In this document: one piece after another, positions 12,567-24,958 of the stretch
How the letters are laid out: each line of letters opens with the position of its first letter
Numbering within the stretch: the first letter of the stretch is position 1
NCBI GenBank assembly: GCA_964035545.1
Contig: OZ037767.1
Coordinates: 15,628,998 to 15,692,997 of the forward strand
Direction of reading: 5' to 3'
Source: Bugula neritina
Taxonomy: Eukaryota > Animalia > Bryozoa
Length of the DNA stretch: 64,000 nt
Translations under genes and position numbers: made by a program
The notes under the pieces: generated by a model
Databases searched by the model: none
What the model saw: only the letters and a program-made list of their open reading frames with translations
What the model was told of the DNA's origin: nothing

Positions 12567-15500
12567 ATGGCTGAGAATGAGTCAAGAACCGTGAAAAAAA
12601 GACTAAACAACTCGTATCGCTGTGGGTACTGCTCGCAGTACTTCAACAAACTTGAAGATCCCAGAACTCTGCCCTGTCTGCATGTGTACTGCATGAGATG
12701 TTTGAAGACTGACATCGGTGGTAGGAAGGATCATATCAGATGTGCCTATTGTAGGTGAGTTACAGTAAATAACACAATATATTGTGTCATAGGCTTGCAT
12801 ATGATTTTCTCACCATCATCTACACAGGATAGTTAAGGGCAACCTTTTAGCTGCAACTGCCTTGCTGAGGTTTGCATTGTAATCATATAAGAATTCAGTA
12901 CCAGTAAAATAAAATCTCACCTAATTGTGCTAGAGTCAAAATTTAAAAACTATGTTGTAGATCTTCTTTTTCTCCAGTGTAATTCTTTTGGAAATTTCAA
13001 TTTTTCATTTTTTTTTGGGAAGTTATAGACAAAATACTGCCGAATTTTGGCCAATTTTGCCTGAAAAGCTGACTTTTCAGTACCAGTAAAATATCTCAGC
13101 AGCAAAGCATGATATCTGAATAAAAATTGCACTGCTGGAATCCTGAGATATTTCTCCAGTGTAAATTTTTTTCTTTTTTCAATAACTCTGCTAGATTGCT
13201 CATAAATTGGTGATTTATACACTGAAAATGCCATATTTTCTCATAAGAAACTAGCAGCGCTCAGCGCTTCACGCTTCACTGAGCACGTAGGGATGAGAAG
13301 ATATTGGCGCGTACATGCTAATTACAGGCTAGCTAGCTGGCAGGCTATAATGAATAACTTGCTTTGTACTTTGTTTATGTAGCACCAATAATGGAATGTT
13401 GATAGATAACGCAGCCCTAACGAAGGTTGCTGCTTATTGGTTGTAGTTTAATCTTAGGCTAAACAATTACAAGTAGGCAACACGCATGCCACCCGCAGAG
13501 CAAGATTATTCAAGAACCCGAACTACATTTTGAGAGAAATTTATGATAATTATTCTTAGTGAGGATGCCCTTAACTATCCTGTGTAGGAGTTGTCTGATC
13601 TATTTCTATGAAAAGCTAAAAATACTGTATATTCTATGTGAACTCTGGTTACTAACTTGTGGATAAGGATAGTATTTTAACTAATTATTTAAATTCAATT
13701 TAAATGCTCCCACTTTTTGTACCTTCTACCCTCTATAATTTTATATAATTGAGTTTTGTTAATCATTGTAATTGAAGTCAAAGTTTTGGCATCTGAAAAG
13801 GTGTCTATTATTAAGTACTTTGCTTAGTAATTAACAATAAGTTCTCACTTTTATTAGCAGACAAAGTTTTAGCGAACAGTCTTTTTCTACTTCTCAGATA
13901 TATCTTGTATCTTTTCATGGATCGATCGATTTGAGACAGTGATTGTGTAATAGCCTGTGGTCTATATAATGAATGTGTGTTGATGAGTGATGAGTATCTA
14001 TTTGAGTATTTGTCAAGGACATAGCTGTGTGTGTGGATGGAGTATTTCATTACTTGAGACATCATATTATATTAGACTTCCTGGTATACTAAACAGAGAT
14101 AACACACTGAATAATATATTTTAGGAAAGATCACTATGACATAACAGACCCCACTACTCTACCTGTCGCAAAGCATGGAGACCCGCTGGAATATAAATCT
14201 CCACCCAAACCTGCACCCATGCCTTGCGATGTTTGTAAAGATGGAACAGAAGCTGCCACATTCTGTGTGGAGAGTCAAAAGAGGTTGTGTCAGCAGCATC
14301 AAGAAGTGAGTCTTTCTTATATCATGTCTCAAGATTGGTTACTAAACCAGTTCTGGTTTGTATGTAGAATATTATTGAAAAGAAATGTCAAGTCTGTGTG
14401 ACTTTTTATACTAAACACACGGTTTCACAGTGCAGTGAGTCAACTATGACAGACTTGTGGGTGAAAATACAACCAACTAAACTGTTGACCTTTATTATAC
14501 AGACTCACAGAGAGCTGATGGGAGATAGACATCAGTTTATTGACATTGAGGTCTACAGAACTTCTCCCCAAAGATATACTACAACTGAATGTGAACATCA
14601 TAAACAGGAACAGCTGACAGAAGTGTGTTCCAAGTGTCACCAGATATTCTGTATGAGATGTGATATGAGGACTGGCTGTAAAGATAAGACAGGTATTTAC
14701 TTGGTGTTTTCGCTTTCGTGAAAAGAAACTGAGAATTATTACAAAAACATGTTATCTATTATTTTATTATTAAAATGAGTTATGTAACAGCAAAAGAGGA
14801 AGTAAGTTTTTCAGACTGAGTTGATATAAATATTGAAATTGGATTTCGTGTAAAAAGTTGTAATAAACATGCTAACGGCTGGAGGTATTTTTCAGCATTA
14901 AGGTTTGTGTGAGACGGAAGTGGATATATAGTGCAGGAGTTTATATTCTCACTGTTATGTTGAATATTTAGTATATTTCATCTTTCAAGTGTTTGTTTCC
15001 TTAATAAGATGGTATAGGAATAGCTTTAACTCAGTGGTTTCCAATCTTTTTCATATCATTCCCCTTTTTATAGGTGTGTTTTATTGAGTTTCTCCATTTG
15101 CAAGATGAACACTAAATTAAATTTATAAAGAAACTCTGGGACAGGTTCTTTTCAATTAGTAATTTATTGAGTGTAGGAAAAGGCACTTTGGTTTTGACAT
15201 GGACCAGTGTCTGCCACAACTTCAGTTTAGCTTTGAAAGCATTGATACTGCTATTAAGGCAGTGAGTTGATGATTATATATTCATTCATTTTAGGTTCAG
15301 ATTTTTTTAGTGGAACAAATATATTTACTATAGGTATGCAGTAAATTGTTTATAGAGATCAGTTCGACTGGCAGCAAAATTTTCCTGCTGGTTTTTGCTT
15401 TAAAGAAACTTTTTAACCTCCATTCGTAGTAGGACAGGTATCAGCTAGGGTAGAGTGAATATTAGACACATGGATGTATATAGAAGTAAACTTAGATTAT

Positions 15501-18500
15501 AGAGTGTAGTGTGGATAAATAAGTGAACTACATAAAACGAAGGTTTTATTATAGTTATACATATTACATATACATGTAACTTAGAATACAAGACAAGCGC
15601 TTAAAGAGCTGGAACAAACTGTGTGATTTTTTTAGAAATCAAAACCCCTTTTAAGCCCAAATTCTACGCAAGGAGGAGCTCCCCTAAGGTTGGAGCCATT
15701 GGTTTAAATTTTTTAACTGTATTATTCCAAGTGCAGTGAATAATGAGCTAACCATATGACACCTTTCTAGAATGTCCCTTTGTGTAAATTAGTGCTAGAG
15801 AAAGGTCAGCTATGATATCAACTCAGATAGCGATACTTGAGACAGAGTCTAACTGTTTAGTAATTACATAGTATGTGTATAGTGATACATCATCTACCTG
15901 TAGTCGCAGATAGTAGGTGTACAATATCATATCTAAAAGTATATTACTTTTATTAATAGTGTGATTTTATGTATACAGAAGAGACAGTAGCATTCCATGA
16001 CTTGGCATCTTTGAGTGATTTGTCTTGTGAGTTACGAGAAAGTCTGACTGGTGGAATAGAGACGCTGTCTGAGAAAGTTGCAGAGTTGAATGACATCTCA
16101 AAGGATGCCTGGAAAGAACTGAGTAAAATAGAAGATGAAGTGAAGAAGATGGTTGCCAGAGTAAACGCTGTAGCTGATGCTCAGGTATGCTGACATGGTG
16201 ATGTCATCTAATGTATTTCTGTTTGTCTGAAATTAGATTTTGCATTTGGTCTTTCAGTTGTAATCAGAAATGAATTTCATTTGTCATTAAAATTAACTGG
16301 CCATTAAAGCATTATCATTCTGTGTCCAGGTAGCAGTAGTCATGCATTCATCACATGTTACTCAGTGCAGGTGAACCTGTCAATACAGATGACTCACTCA
16401 TCCTTCTGCAACTGTCAATCACTCAAACAGGGAGGTTGGCTGTGTGAGTGATTGACAGGTGTCAGGAGGAGGAGACTAGTCACATTATGTACTAACTTTC
16501 TGCTGTGTATTATGAAGTGTCATTGTATTCTTAGTGGGTGATTTGTCACTTTCATTTCAAGTGTAGAGGTTGTGAGGTTCAGAGGTGGTTATCCTGTGTT
16601 ACTATTTATTAGATAGAAAAGATTAGAAAGAGGGCTACAAACCTGAGGCTAGAAATATATGGATATTTGAAGAGCTGCACACAGATAGTGGATAATTATA
16701 GAATAGAGCTGGCCTTGGGTAAAACAATGGGCAGACAGTCTCTGCTGGACACAGTACAGCATGCAGTTGATAAGTTCAATGATGCAGGGATTGTGAGAGA
16801 CTACAAAGAGATCAGTGGGAAGATGGAAAAGGCTACAGATATTGGTGTAATAGAGAAGTGTGTACTTCCAGACAGCATTTTGGTACCAACATGTAGGTGG
16901 AGTCTATAAATAACTTTCTGCTTGTAATCAGTTAGCCTAGGGCCACACGGCGCGTATTTTCGCATGCGAAAATTGAAATCACAAGTAGCAAAGGTGTCCA
17001 CTGTGCGCGTTGAGAAAACCTTCGCACTTGTCGCTCTGCATGCTCAACGCAAGTGCGAATCGTCTCCGTCGCCGTCACCTAATTGGTTGGTAGTTATTCA
17101 GCGAGCCCAATTTCTTTATTTAGTGCTATATTCCAGTAAATTGCGTTTTATTGAAAGCGAATGCGATTTAAAAATGAAAGCTTTATTTATCACGCATCAC
17201 TGACGCTACATGCCACTTGTGATTTTATGTTTCGCATGCGAAAATACGCACAGTGTGGCCCTAGGCTTAAATTGGTTTCATTGAATATTTGAATAGGAGA
17301 ATAAAAAGAAGCCTCTGATAATTAGAAAAGTAGATAGAGTTATTTATTAGAGAATTGAGTTTTGTTCTACTCTCACATTATGAGACATTGCTGCAGTGTT
17401 TCAGAGTTTATGATGTATAAGTGAGCTGCTAAACTGTGTTATGCTGACTTATACCTGCTGTCAGTATTAACAAAATATTCTCACTTAGACCTGTGCATTA
17501 CGCAGCAACTTGTAGTAACTACAGACTGCTTGTATTTAAAACATCTTTTCATTTCAAGTTTGAAAAGCTGTTCCCCACCTCCTCAGGTGATTAGATTCTC
17601 AAGTTATAGTATTGTTATTTTGTTGTTGCAGACAGTGAAAACAGTCTGGGACTGAAGCTGCTGCAGCCACCATCTTCTCTACAGTTTGATGGACTTCCTG
17701 TACGTGGAGGGTGTTACACAGTAAACATCTCAGCTGATGGACATCTTATGTGTTGGACAGGAAGAGGTATAGAAGTAAGAAATAAAGACACTCTGGATAC
17801 TATCAGCTCAGTGAAGGACACCAGCACTACACTGTGGGGGGAGATTATCCAACCTGAAGGGGTGATGGTTGGCAGCTGGCATAACAGAGAGGAGAAAACA
17901 GCTGAAGTCTCACTTCTTGATCCGAACTCCTTCAAAAAGTCTCGCTCTGTCTACAAGCTGTCAGTAGATGAGCCCCTTCCTTACTATAGAATAGCTCAGC
18001 ACTTCTCACTGCTCTATATTGTAGACAGTGAAGAGAAACAGCTGGTAGTCTGTAACCTAGTTGACAATAAAATACAGAAGTACCCACTTCCTGAGATAAA
18101 GCGCCCTCGACCTGTATGCATCCTCCCAGACTCAACTCTCCTCATAGGAGACCGCACCGTAGATGGTGCAGTAAGAAGATATAAAGCGGAGAACACAACT
18201 CTCACTCTAATGTGGGAGTTTCGTCACATCTCACTACCAACTGGTATTTCCTTTGATCCAACATCTGATCTGATTCACATCTGTACACTGTATGGACCTC
18301 TCCTCATCCTCTCACTCGAAGGTAAATACTCTGTTTATTATAGTAAGTTTAGTTATTTTATATATAATTATGTTGTAGTAAATAATATATTTTATTAATT
18401 AACAGTAAACAACTTCCACTCATAAGATATATTATGATATTGTTAGTATATATCAAGTCACTGATGTTTTTTTTAGCTAAAAGTTATGTAATAAAGACTG

Positions 18501-19462
18501 TAACATGCTGATAGTAGATGTTCTATTCTTCATCACATGACTTGTAGCTAATAATAGTATTAGTGAATAATACTGCCTCCCTGCAATAAGTTTATTTCCA
18601 GCTGCAGTAACATGCAGGATGTAAGCACAGGTAAAAGTGTATATTATATTGTATAGGTTTAAGGTGTACTCTGTGTAGTGTGCAGTGAGCTCTTAGTAAA
18701 CTCCCTATTCAGTCTTCCTTTCCAAGGGTTCACCTGGTAGTGTAGAAAATAGGGACTCCACACTGCCAAGTGAGTTGGTGCTGCAAGGGGTTCAAACCCA
18801 CCCATCAGCATGTCTAGTTAGTATACTATGGAAGTGTTTTACAGTAATTTTAGAGGTGCTCAACCTAACAACTGTACAGACTGCCAACTACACATGAGTT
18901 ATGAGTTTTAGTTTGATTTCAGTCTAGTGCTGCTATTGTTTTGATCCTCAGCTAATTTAAAGATAAATAATTTGATACTTTTTGACTGCCATTACTGAGA
19001 TTATTGTAATTTGATGATGGCTGGTAGAGCAGTGTTTGCTGGTGGGACTCAGATGGCTGTTGTTGGTTCTTGTCAAGTATTTAATATGTGATAATGTTGG
19101 AATAGCTGCAGTAGTATTATAAGTAGTCATTTGGATGTGTTCTTGCTAAAAGCCAGAGGCTAGGTTTGTGGGTCAAGGTCAATACATTTGTATAATGAGA
19201 CACTATTTTCTGCTTTGTTTGAATATTTACTTCATGCATATAACCTGCTTAGTTCCATCTTTAAAGGAAGTCTGTCTGTTTTTCTCAATACATACCACCT
19301 GCTACAAAAATGTAATTATTTACAGGTCAACTGGTGCTTACAGTTCCCAGAGAAAATCTTGGTGCGAGTTTCCTGGTGTGGGACATTGCTGTGTATAACA
19401 GAGACACAGTGTTTCTAGCATGTGGATCTGATGGTCTAAGGAGATACACAATAAAATACTAA
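12567..19462 (+). CDS. TRIM-like E3 ligase: RING, two B-boxes, coiled coil, beta-propeller-like C-terminus; 623 aa (exons 12567-12754, 14125-14305, 14503-14692, 15979-16184, 16613-16892, 17632-18321, 19326-19462)
   Basis: C3HC4 RING (CGYC..LPCLHVYCMRC..CAYC), B-box-like CDVC..FCVE..LC..H and CEHH..CSKC..FCMRC; all GT-AG junctions phase-compatible, 1872 nt, no internal stop; AATAAA near 19755. Confidence 0.88.
12823..13584. mobile_element. MITE in TRIM intron 1 (CACAG termini, TA flanks)
   Basis: 19-bp TIR CACAGGATAGTTAAGGGCA / TGCCCTTAACTATCCTGTG with TA on both sides. Confidence 0.88.
13690..13930. mobile_element. Fragment of the 10593-11324 MITE family
   Basis: Diverged match to ~10985-11230. 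Confidence 0.7.
15032..15701. mobile_element. Old hAT/Charlie-like MITE
   Basis: CAGTGGTTTCCAATCTT ... AAGGTTGGAGCCATTG imperfect TIR; flanks CTTTAACT/GTTTAAAT match at 6/8. Confidence 0.55.
16935..17266. mobile_element. PIF/Harbinger-like MITE, TSD TTA
   Basis: ~37-bp TIR GCCTAGGGCCACAC..CGTATTTTCGCATGCGAAA with TTA on both flanks. Confidence 0.85.
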
Positions 19463-21480
19463 ACTTATCAGCTACAGTTTACTAATAATCAGCTCAGTGA
19501 GGTACTGAGAGATAAAATGGATAATATTTGTCATCAATATAATTATATTCATTACAATTCAATACACACACTAATGGTAGTGTCAGGTATATTATATTGT
19601 GTGTGTCATTTACACTGTAATTATACTTCTGTATATTATTCTATATTCATAAGAACTTGCACTGCTTATATGCATTATGTTATGTTAATTGTCATTAATT
19701 GTAGTTATTTAAGATATTTGACTGTATAAAATATGTCTTGCCATTTTACTATCTAATAAAGTTTATTTGTTAGTGAAAAGATATTCTGTTTTCATGCCTC
19801 ATTAGCTTTAGTTCAAGTTGAGTTTGGTTACTAAAAAATAATCTTTACTGGAGCTGTAACTGTAAATGACTCCTCTGTGGGAGAATGCATTTACTGAATT
19901 GACATGCAGGTGCAAGTAACTCCAACATGACTGTAGGCAGATTTTTTTAACCATATTATATAATCTACATTCCACTGCTGTGTATACAACAGCATTGAGT
20001 AGCCAATCAAATTGCTTCTTGCCATGCATTCAGGAAGCTGATAAATAATATATAAGGCAATCAACTAGATATAAACACTTTGGTACTCTACACATGAGCT
20101 GTCTGTAATGCAGTTGCTTTGTAAAATGTATTTCATTTGATAAGTTCAATTCAATTGGTTGCAGTTTAATTATGACATGTTCCCTATTCACCTGGTAGAA
20201 ATACTGTTCATATCTGTACTAACACTATCAAGAACAAGCATGAGGAATCCAAAGTTTTTACATAATATTTATTTACATGGTGGGAAAAGAAGTTTACATT
20301 TCAGCGCATCTGTTTCAGCAACATCTCAAGTAGATATCAGCGTATTGACAGGCAAAGAAATCAAGTTGCTATGTTGACCACCAAACAAATCCCATACATA
20401 AGATAATGAGAGAACTCTCACGTAGTGTCATATAATAGTATATGATATAAATAATAAGCAATGCAATAATGGAGAAGGTAAAACAATATTTACAACAAGG
20501 TACAGCAATAGGTAGGATGAAATATAGATTGTGATGTATTATAAAGTGTATTAGCTACAGCCATTAATGTTAATAGGTCATTTTATAGATACTCTGAAAT
20601 TTAATTTATTGGCTTTCTATCTTATTGATGGTTGAATGTTCCGGAAAATGTTATCTGCAGCTAATATGTTGTTGAAGAAAGAATATCTGCAGCAAAATCT
20701 TATTTCATGATGGAATTTATTCGTTTATACTCCTTGTTATACTCTTTCACGTTAAACTCAGCCTCAAACTTTTCCCTCCATTCACACACAGAAGGTATCC
20801 TGTCACATGACTCTATGTTTAGCAGCTCTGTAAACATCTCCGCCCATAATCTCGACTTGTATACTCTGGAGAGGAGAAAACTCCATATAATAATTACATT
20901 ATTCTTGCTACTCCAAATAGTATAACAGCAATGTTAATACATGTAATGCAGCTGTTGACAGAAAGTATCAATAAAGCTCCTCGCCATCAAACTTATTATT
21001 ACAACATAAACTGCTGGTAAGACAATTCCTAATATCAGTGAGAAAACTTGTGCAAGCTACAAGCCTACCTGTGCAAATTGAACTTGGCTGGTTGCCAAAG
21101 CTGGCCGTTGTATGTGACAAGCATGTAGTTTTGGAAGAGTAGAGTGTACGCCGTGCCTAGTATTCCAAACAGATCCGTCTGAAATATGCATGATACTGCT
21201 GGGAATACAGTGTCAGTAATACAGTAATACTAACAGAGTAATACAGTAATACTAACTGAGTAATACTTATTTATTAAAACTGCTGGCAACCAAAATTTTA
21301 GTAAGCTAATATACATATGACTATATAGAGGTTTACTTTGTGGTAAATAGAGAAATTCAAATTATGTCTTTTATATGGTTATACATTTATATTATTTATA
21401 TTATATTACAAATTATTATATAATCAATATCTTTATATCATGTTATTTGAATGTTTTATCTTCTGACTTTAATCTTTCAG

Positions 21481-21656
21481 TGTTCAACTGCCCAGCCAAC
21501 TTGGCATCCCACAGACGTTGGCACAAACCTAAACCTGCAGCAGACTCTCAACCAAACACTTCAAAACACAGAGAGAAGACAACTACCAAACAAATAGTTA
21601 TTGCAGCTCCGCAGCGAATTCCAAACTCTGGAAGGATAACTTCTCATGATGACTAA
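21481..21656 (+). pseudogene. Orphan fragment of an INSM/nerfin-family zinc finger
   Basis: After a pyrimidine tract and TTTCAG it reads VFNCPANLASHRRWHKP, the INSM1/nerfin ZF2 signature; no convincing upstream exon found. Confidence 0.75.
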
Positions 21657-23138
21657 GTTAAAATCATGTGTAAAATTCTTGTGAGACTTCCTTTGCTGAA
21701 TTCTTTCATTCATAGTAAAATATTTTGAAGAACAAACCCCCCCATCCACTTTCTCACTTTGTGGTTACTTATTTATATTATTTATTAGAGACCTTTACAG
21801 CCAGAGGCTTTGTGCAATCATATAATGAATATAAATATTGTCTTAGATTTTAGTGCTTTTATAGTATAAATTATATTATATATTGTTTCCTTTTCATGGT
21901 TTAATTAAAGTTATTTATGATGTTGTCCACCAATTGAACTCCGTCCAATAAAGCTCTAATTGTCAAGTATACATGTGTATACACAACTTGCTTCAAATGG
22001 AGTGGAACAAAAGTGAAAGATGAAAGTCTCTACAGTATATATAAGTTACATAATTCTGCATCTCCAGTACTAAAGCATTTAGACTAGGATGCAGCTAACT
22101 CAGAAAAAAATTAGCTATTTCTGTGAGTTTCAGGAATTAAAGTATTAGAATTATCTTTCCAGAAAACTATAAGCCTAAAGTCTTCACTTTATAAATATGA
22201 AAGTTTAGTGAAAATAATAATCTTCTAATTTTTGTCTTTACATATTTTAAAGTATTTGGAATCACTTTTGAATTTTAAAATTCTGACAATATTAAAAGAA
22301 TAAAAGTTTTTAATCTTCACTGTATATATGAGTATAGAGGCAGTTTGCTTATTAATGTTTAAAACACTGTCATAGTATTTCTTTCTTGTAGTTTTAAAGT
22401 TTTCTACAGTTGCATTAAAAGTTACAAATTTTAGTTATAAGGATAATATAAAAACAGCTTTTGCTTACAAAGCTTTACAACTATAGCTAACACTTGCAGT
22501 GGAATTATTTTAGAGTTAGATCAAAAGCCTGAAATAGAATTTGCTGTTTGTTTGCGGAAATGGGGAAACTGAATTCATTTTTCTGTTTAATGTACCATCT
22601 GAACATATTTGCTGAAAAAAACATTTGCTCACTTGAAATTTTGAAAACTACATAATATAATATTAATATATAATATATAAAATATCGCACGATATAAATA
22701 TAGTCAACTTGAGAAAATAGTTTATAGATATTTAGGCTAGGGGAAACCTGGGTGATATGGGCCACTTAAGCCCACAGCCCAGGCTGACTATGGTTGATTG
22801 AAAATTAGTATTTCATCATGTGGGTGCTATCTCTACTGACACACAAACAGAGTTTGAAGCTCCTATACAGATGCTTGACTGAGCTATAATTGAAAATTGG
22901 TGGACCATATCACCCGGGGATTTTTTGAAATTTCGGGTGATATGGGCCACCACAGACTCCGTCACCTAAAGTCAGCTTTTTTGTGTCTAAAATGCATTTT
23001 GCTATATTAAAAAGTAACATAAAACAATTTATTTAAAATAAATGTGTAACAGCTTCTTTTAGTGCCTCCTAACTCCAAGCATTTCAAATATTTTTGAAAA
23101 AATATTTTGGCATCTAAAATACATTGCATGAGTATGAA

Positions 23139-23507
23139 AGTAGTAAGGAAGGGCCAATCCTGGACCACTTTTGCCCCATGGCTCCTCGCAACAAGTTGCG
23201 AGTCCCCATGGAGGTAAAAGTATCCAGGATTGGCCCTTCCTTACTACTACTATAATAAGTTTTTTATTAAAAAAGTAATATTATGAATTTTATTAAAGGT
23301 AAAGTAATATTATAAATTTTATTAAAAATAGAGTAGTTTTTTTTTTAAATAACATCGCATAAAACGACTTTTTTTTATTTTTTTTAAGAAAATATTTTTT
23401 TTTTAAAAAAAAGCGTTAAAACGAATATTTAAACGTTATAACTTGAAAATGCGGGTTGAGATTCTGTAGATTCTACTATATCTCCATCACTCGTTGATAA
23501 TACTAAT
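23139..23507 (+). repeat. Polinton left TIR with terminal hairpin 23139-23248
   Basis: Reverse complement of 36254-36623 with few differences. Confidence 0.95.
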
Positions 23508-23513
23508 AATGTT

Positions 23514-24038
23514 TTAATTAGTTATACTATCATAATAAAGTTTAAAATATATATAATTAAAAGGTAATGCCGCTTTAGTAATATTACTAGCGGGAGTATT
23601 GGTTAAAATTATGCCATTAGGTTTATGACTTTGATAATCACTTGAAAGAGCTATTGTAAATGAAAAATTATTATTAGCGTTAACAATTTTATTAATATTT
23701 ATTTTATTATACGGAACATTATGTTCGGCACCGCTAATAGTATAAAATAAATTTTTTTTAAATTCATCGAATGGATTTACGCTATTACGAATATGTAAAC
23801 CTACTTTTTTATCAGTCCAATATAACGCTTTAGTTCTATTAGTAGGAGAATTTTCGTTATAAAATTGTATTAACGCGTGCGTTATTTTAATTGGTTTATC
23901 TACTAAAAAATCATCGAGTAAATTTACCGTAAAACTATTAATATCTTTATAATAATAAAATTCTTGTTTAGATATAATACTCGTAATAAACGTTTTATTA
24001 GTCGTTATATCGACTTTACCAAATTTATAAATATTCAT
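23514..24038 (-). CDS. Polinton unknown protein, paralog family A (174 aa)
   Basis: Intact ORF, TATAAATG start; shares VDKPI, LYWTDK, HKP..II and ALPF..KLYY with 24035-24556 and 34990-35439. Confidence 0.85.
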   Translation of the reverse strand: MNIYKFGKVDITTNKTFITSIISKQEFYYYKDINSFTVNLLDDFLVDKPIKITHALIQFYNENSPTNRTKALYWTDKKVGLHIRNSVNPFDEFKKNLFYTISGAEHNVPYNKININKIVNANNNFSFTIALSSDYQSHKPNGIILTNTPASNITKAALPFNYIYFKLYYDSITN

Positions 24039-24556
24039 TTATAATTATAATAAAGTTTTACTAATACGTAATGAAAAGGTAATGCCGCGACGGTTATTTT
24101 GCTAGCGGGGGTATCGGTTAAAATTATGTCACTGGGTTTATGACTAGGATAAGTTTTTGATAACGTTATTGATAGTAAAAAGTTTTTATTAGCTTCAATA
24201 ATTTTATTAGCGTTTATTTCGTTAAACGGAACATTATGTTCGCTACCGCTTATATCATAAGAAGTAGTTTCAACGGTTGGACTAAATATTTCACTACTGT
24301 TTCGAACGCTTAAAATTACTCGCTTATCAGTCCAATAAAGTTCTTTAGTACTGTGTGCTTGTTCGTTATAAAATTGCACTAATATATTCGTTATTTCAAT
24401 TGGTTCATCGACTAAAAAATCTTTAATTAATGTCGCGTAAAAACCTATATTTTCATAATACGTAAATTCTGATGGAATTATAATATTCGTAATATACTGG
24501 TTTTCATCTATTATATTAGCTTTAGCCGCATTTCCAAAAATATAAACTGAAGTCAT
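24035..24556 (-). CDS. Polinton unknown protein, paralog family A (173 aa)
   Basis: Intact ORF, ATGA overlap with its downstream paralog. Confidence 0.85.
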   Translation of the reverse strand: MTSVYIFGNAAKANIIDENQYITNIIIPSEFTYYENIGFYATLIKDFLVDEPIEITNILVQFYNEQAHSTKELYWTDKRVILSVRNSSEIFSPTVETTSYDISGSEHNVPFNEINANKIIEANKNFLLSITLSKTYPSHKPSDIILTDTPASKITVAALPFHYVLVKLYYNYK

Positions 24557-24958
24557 TTATATAAGTAATTTATTTATAATTAATTGAGGTGATTCGTGTG
24601 TAAACATTTTTTTAAGCCAATATAAACACAAGTGTCCGCATATAACGGTACCGAATTCTTGTACTCGTTCCGTGTTATAAAATACTGGTCCTTTTAAATA
24701 TTTTATTATTTCTAGCGGTGGATGTAATCCAAAACTATCGAAATAATATTTTTTATTTCCGTTTTTATACCAAGCTACCCAATGAGTACCGTTACCCATT
24801 AAATTGTCTAAATTTAATATACCGCACTCTTTTTTACGCGGTTTATTGGGTAAGTCATTTCTTGAAAATACTCCTCTAAAATTAGGAATTTTTAATTTTT
24901 TAATAGCGAACTCTAATTCAATATTTGATAGAGCTTTATTCTCTAATTTTATACTCAT
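24557..24958 (-). CDS. Adenain-type cysteine maturation protease
   Basis: GTHWVA, YFDSFG, Q..GTVICGHLC catalytic motifs. Confidence 0.95.
   Translation of the reverse strand: MSIKLENKALSNIELEFAIKKLKIPNFRGVFSRNDLPNKPRKKECGILNLDNLMGNGTHWVAWYKNGNKKYYFDSFGLHPPLEIIKYLKGPVFYNTERVQEFGTVICGHLCLYWLKKMFTHESPQLIINKLLI

Noticed and set aside
17559-17586. 28-nt TRIM micro-exon (AG...GT)
   Set aside because: Would introduce a stop or frameshift; the model is in frame without it.
21060-21180. Upstream INSM ZF1 exon (YLCKL, CS..RVEC)
   Set aside because: Resemblance is weak, split across frames, and lacks a convincing donor site.
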